Positions 62,542-64,000 of a stretch of DNA of 64,000 nucleotides are shown here, in pieces (within the stretch, counting starts at the first letter, position 1; each line of letters starts with the position of its first letter). The position numbers and the translations under genes were made by a program. The stretch lies in assembly GCA_963833225.1 (NCBI GenBank), contig CAWHXD010000008.1, positions 160,001 through 224,000 on the forward strand. Direction: 5' to 3'. This DNA comes from an uncultured Chloroflexia bacterium. GTDB lineage: Bacteria; Chloroflexota; Limnocylindria; Limnocylindrales; CSP1-4. Under the pieces are notes generated by a model. The model did no database searches and was not told where the DNA came from. It saw only the letters and a list, made by a program, of their open reading frames with translations.

Positions 62542-63599
62542 GGATCCACCTCCCCGGGCCCGGTCGTGGACCCGTTCCCGAGCGCGTCCGCGATCAGCTC
62601 GGGCACCCGCTCGCGCGCCGTGGTGGCGCCGACGCGGACCGCGTGTTCGATCATGCGCCGTCTGGCCCGGCCGTGCGTGATGATCACCGCGCCCTTGACC
62701 CCGAGCAGCGGGGACCCACCCACGACCTCGTAGTCAAAGGTGGCCCGGATCCGGACGACCCCGGGCCGCAGGAGCAGGTACGCCAGCCGACCGCGCAGGC
62801 CGCGTCGGAACTCCGTCCGCAGGTTGTCGAAGATGAACCCCGACAGGCCCTCGAAGAACTTGATGACGACATTGCCCAGCATCGCGTCGCACACGACGAC
62901 GTCCGCCATGTCGGCGGTCAGGTCCTTGCCCTCGACGTTGCCGATGAAGTTGAGGTCGGTGGCATCGATCAGCTCGGTCGCCCGCTGGACACGGACATCT
63001 CCCTTGCCCTTCTCCTCGCCCAGCGAGAGCAGCGCGACGCGGGGCTGCCGCACCCCCACCACACGCTCGGAGAAGATCGCGCCCATGCGCGCGTACTGGG
63101 CAAGGTTCTCGGGCGTGGAATCCGGGTTGGCGCCGATGTCGAGCAGCAGCAGCGGCGGGTCTCCGCCCGGGACCTGGACGGCGAGCGCCGGTCGATCGAT
63201 CCCCGGCAGCGAGCCCAGGATCAGCACGCCGGCCGCCATGCCGGCACCCGTATGGCCGGCGGTCACGACGGCGTCGGCGTGGCCATCACGGACCAGCTCG
63301 GTGGCGACGACGATCGAGCTGCGCTTCTTGCGCACCAGCGCTCGGGCCGGATGCTCGTCCATCCCGATGAGCTCCGGGGCGTGGACCGTGCGCACGTTGG
63401 CCGGACGGTCCCGGAGCAGCGGGGCCATGAGGCGCTCATCGCCGACCAGGATCAGCTCGTCCTGCGGGTTGGACCGCGCGTATGCGAGCGTCCCGGGCAC
63501 GATCTCGGGGGCGCCATGATCACCGCCGATGGCATCGACGGCGACGCGGACGCCGGGTCGGGCCGGCGTGGCCGTGACGGGATCCGCCAACGCGGTCAC
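62538..63599 (-). CDS. plsX: Phosphate acyltransferase PlsX
   Basis: 'VAVDAIGGDHGA', 'GIDRPAL', 'NFIGNVEG', 'PLLGVKG..HG'. Confidence 0.95.
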   Translation of the reverse strand: MTALADPVTATPARPGVRVAVDAIGGDHGAPEIVPGTLAYARSNPQDELILVGDERLMAPLLRDRPANVRTVHAPELIGMDEHPARALVRKKRSSIVVATELVRDGHADAVVTAGHTGAGMAAGVLILGSLPGIDRPALAVQVPGGDPPLLLLDIGANPDSTPENLAQYARMGAIFSERVVGVRQPRVALLSLGEEKGKGDVRVQRATELIDATDLNFIGNVEGKDLTADMADVVVCDAMLGNVVIKFFEGLSGFIFDNLRTEFRRGLRGRLAYLLLRPGVVRIRATFDYEVVGGSPLLGVKGAVIITHGRARRRMIEHAVRVGATTARERVPELIADALGNGSTTGPGEVDP

Positions 63600-63608
63600 G
63601 GGCCGTGG

Positions 63609-63818
63609 TTACGGGGTCTCGTCGCCCGCGGTGCCGCCGGCCGGCTTGAGCTCGATCGCCTGGCGGCCGTTGTACCAGCCACAGGCGGGGCAGACCCGGT
63701 GCGGCAGCTTCTGCTCGTGGCAGTGCGTGCACTCGACGAGCGTCGGCAGGGTGAGGGCGAGGTGGCTCCGGCGCTCCATCTGCCGCGCGTGAGCGACCTT
63801 TCGCTTCGGCACACCCAT
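63609..63818 (-). CDS. rpmF: 50S ribosomal protein L32 (Zn-binding form)
   Basis: 'MGVPKRK', 'CTHC..PHRVCPACGWY'. Confidence 0.96.
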   Translation of the reverse strand: MGVPKRKVAHARQMERRSHLALTLPTLVECTHCHEQKLPHRVCPACGWYNGRQAIELKPAGGTAGDETP

Positions 63819-63939
63819 GTCGGTCCTGGCTCCTTTTCCGAGTGATGGCGCGGGCGGGCCCGCGTGACAGTCTGCGTGAGGGGCTCACCACGCCGGGCGC
63901 GCGTACGCGATCCACGGGTCGTGGGGCCGAACGCGGAGT

Positions 63940-64000
63940 CTACCCGCTCTCGTCGCCGGCGTCGAACCGGAAGGCGCGGAGCGCCTCGAGCCGTGGGTCG
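63940..64000 (-). CDS. DUF177/YceD family protein, C-terminal end (partial)
   Basis: Minus strand reads DPRLEALRAFRFDAGDESG*, matching the 'DPR(W/L)xxL' end of YceD. Canonical position upstream of rpmF. Confidence 0.7.
   Translation of the reverse strand, partial: DPRLEALRAFRFDAGDESG

Noticed and set aside
1-64000. CRISPR arrays, tRNA/rRNA genes, transposases, prophage or defence genes
   Set aside because: None recognised by eye. The repeats found are coding low-complexity tracts or lack unique spacers. tRNAscan/Infernal were not run.

Overview
Very GC-rich bacterial chromosomal segment, almost all on the minus strand. It is mainly a core translation, cell-division and isoprenoid super-cluster: yceD'-rpmF-plsX-asp23-nusB-acpP-rnc-smc-ftsY-[MFS]-ffh-[DUF3352]-rpsP-khpA-rimM-trmD-rplS-[phzF]-rnhB-yraN-rpsB-tsf-pyrH-frr-uppS-cdsA-dxr-rseP-ispG-nusA-ylxR-infB-rbfA-nrnA-truB-ribF-[island]-rpsO-pnp-GNAT-asd-udg-rnj-ftsK-rodZ-cinA-murC-NTF2-yajQ-small ORF-TPP enzyme-DUF952. 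Gene order, the short EF-Ts and IF2, and general protein style suggest Chloroflexota (possibly Limnocylindria/Ellin6529); this is inference only. A ~12.7 kb accessory block splits ribF from rpsO. It carries a xylose regulon (ROK regulator, ABC transporter, xylA, xylB, a Gfo/Idh/MocA oxidoreductase, two matching operator-like palindromes) and a membrane-anchored vanadium haloperoxidase-like gene paired with a CRTAC1/ASPIC-UnbV gene. Small frameshifts in many core genes (murC, ftsK, smc, truB, ispG) point to an unpolished long-read assembly rather than pseudogenes. The standout is the pnp gene. It encodes an 861-aa PNPase with a complete DnaQ-like DEDDh 3'-5' exonuclease domain, all catalytic motifs intact, inserted in frame between its two RNase PH domains, loosely analogous to an exosome core carrying Rrp6. 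Other notable points: beta-clamp-like QLxLF tails on UDG and RNase HII, an RNase HII lacking the GRG motif, an Ig-extended RodZ, a kinase-degenerate RibF, a rimP-type leader with no rimP, an uncalled 36-aa membrane ORF and a 140-bp palindromic element.
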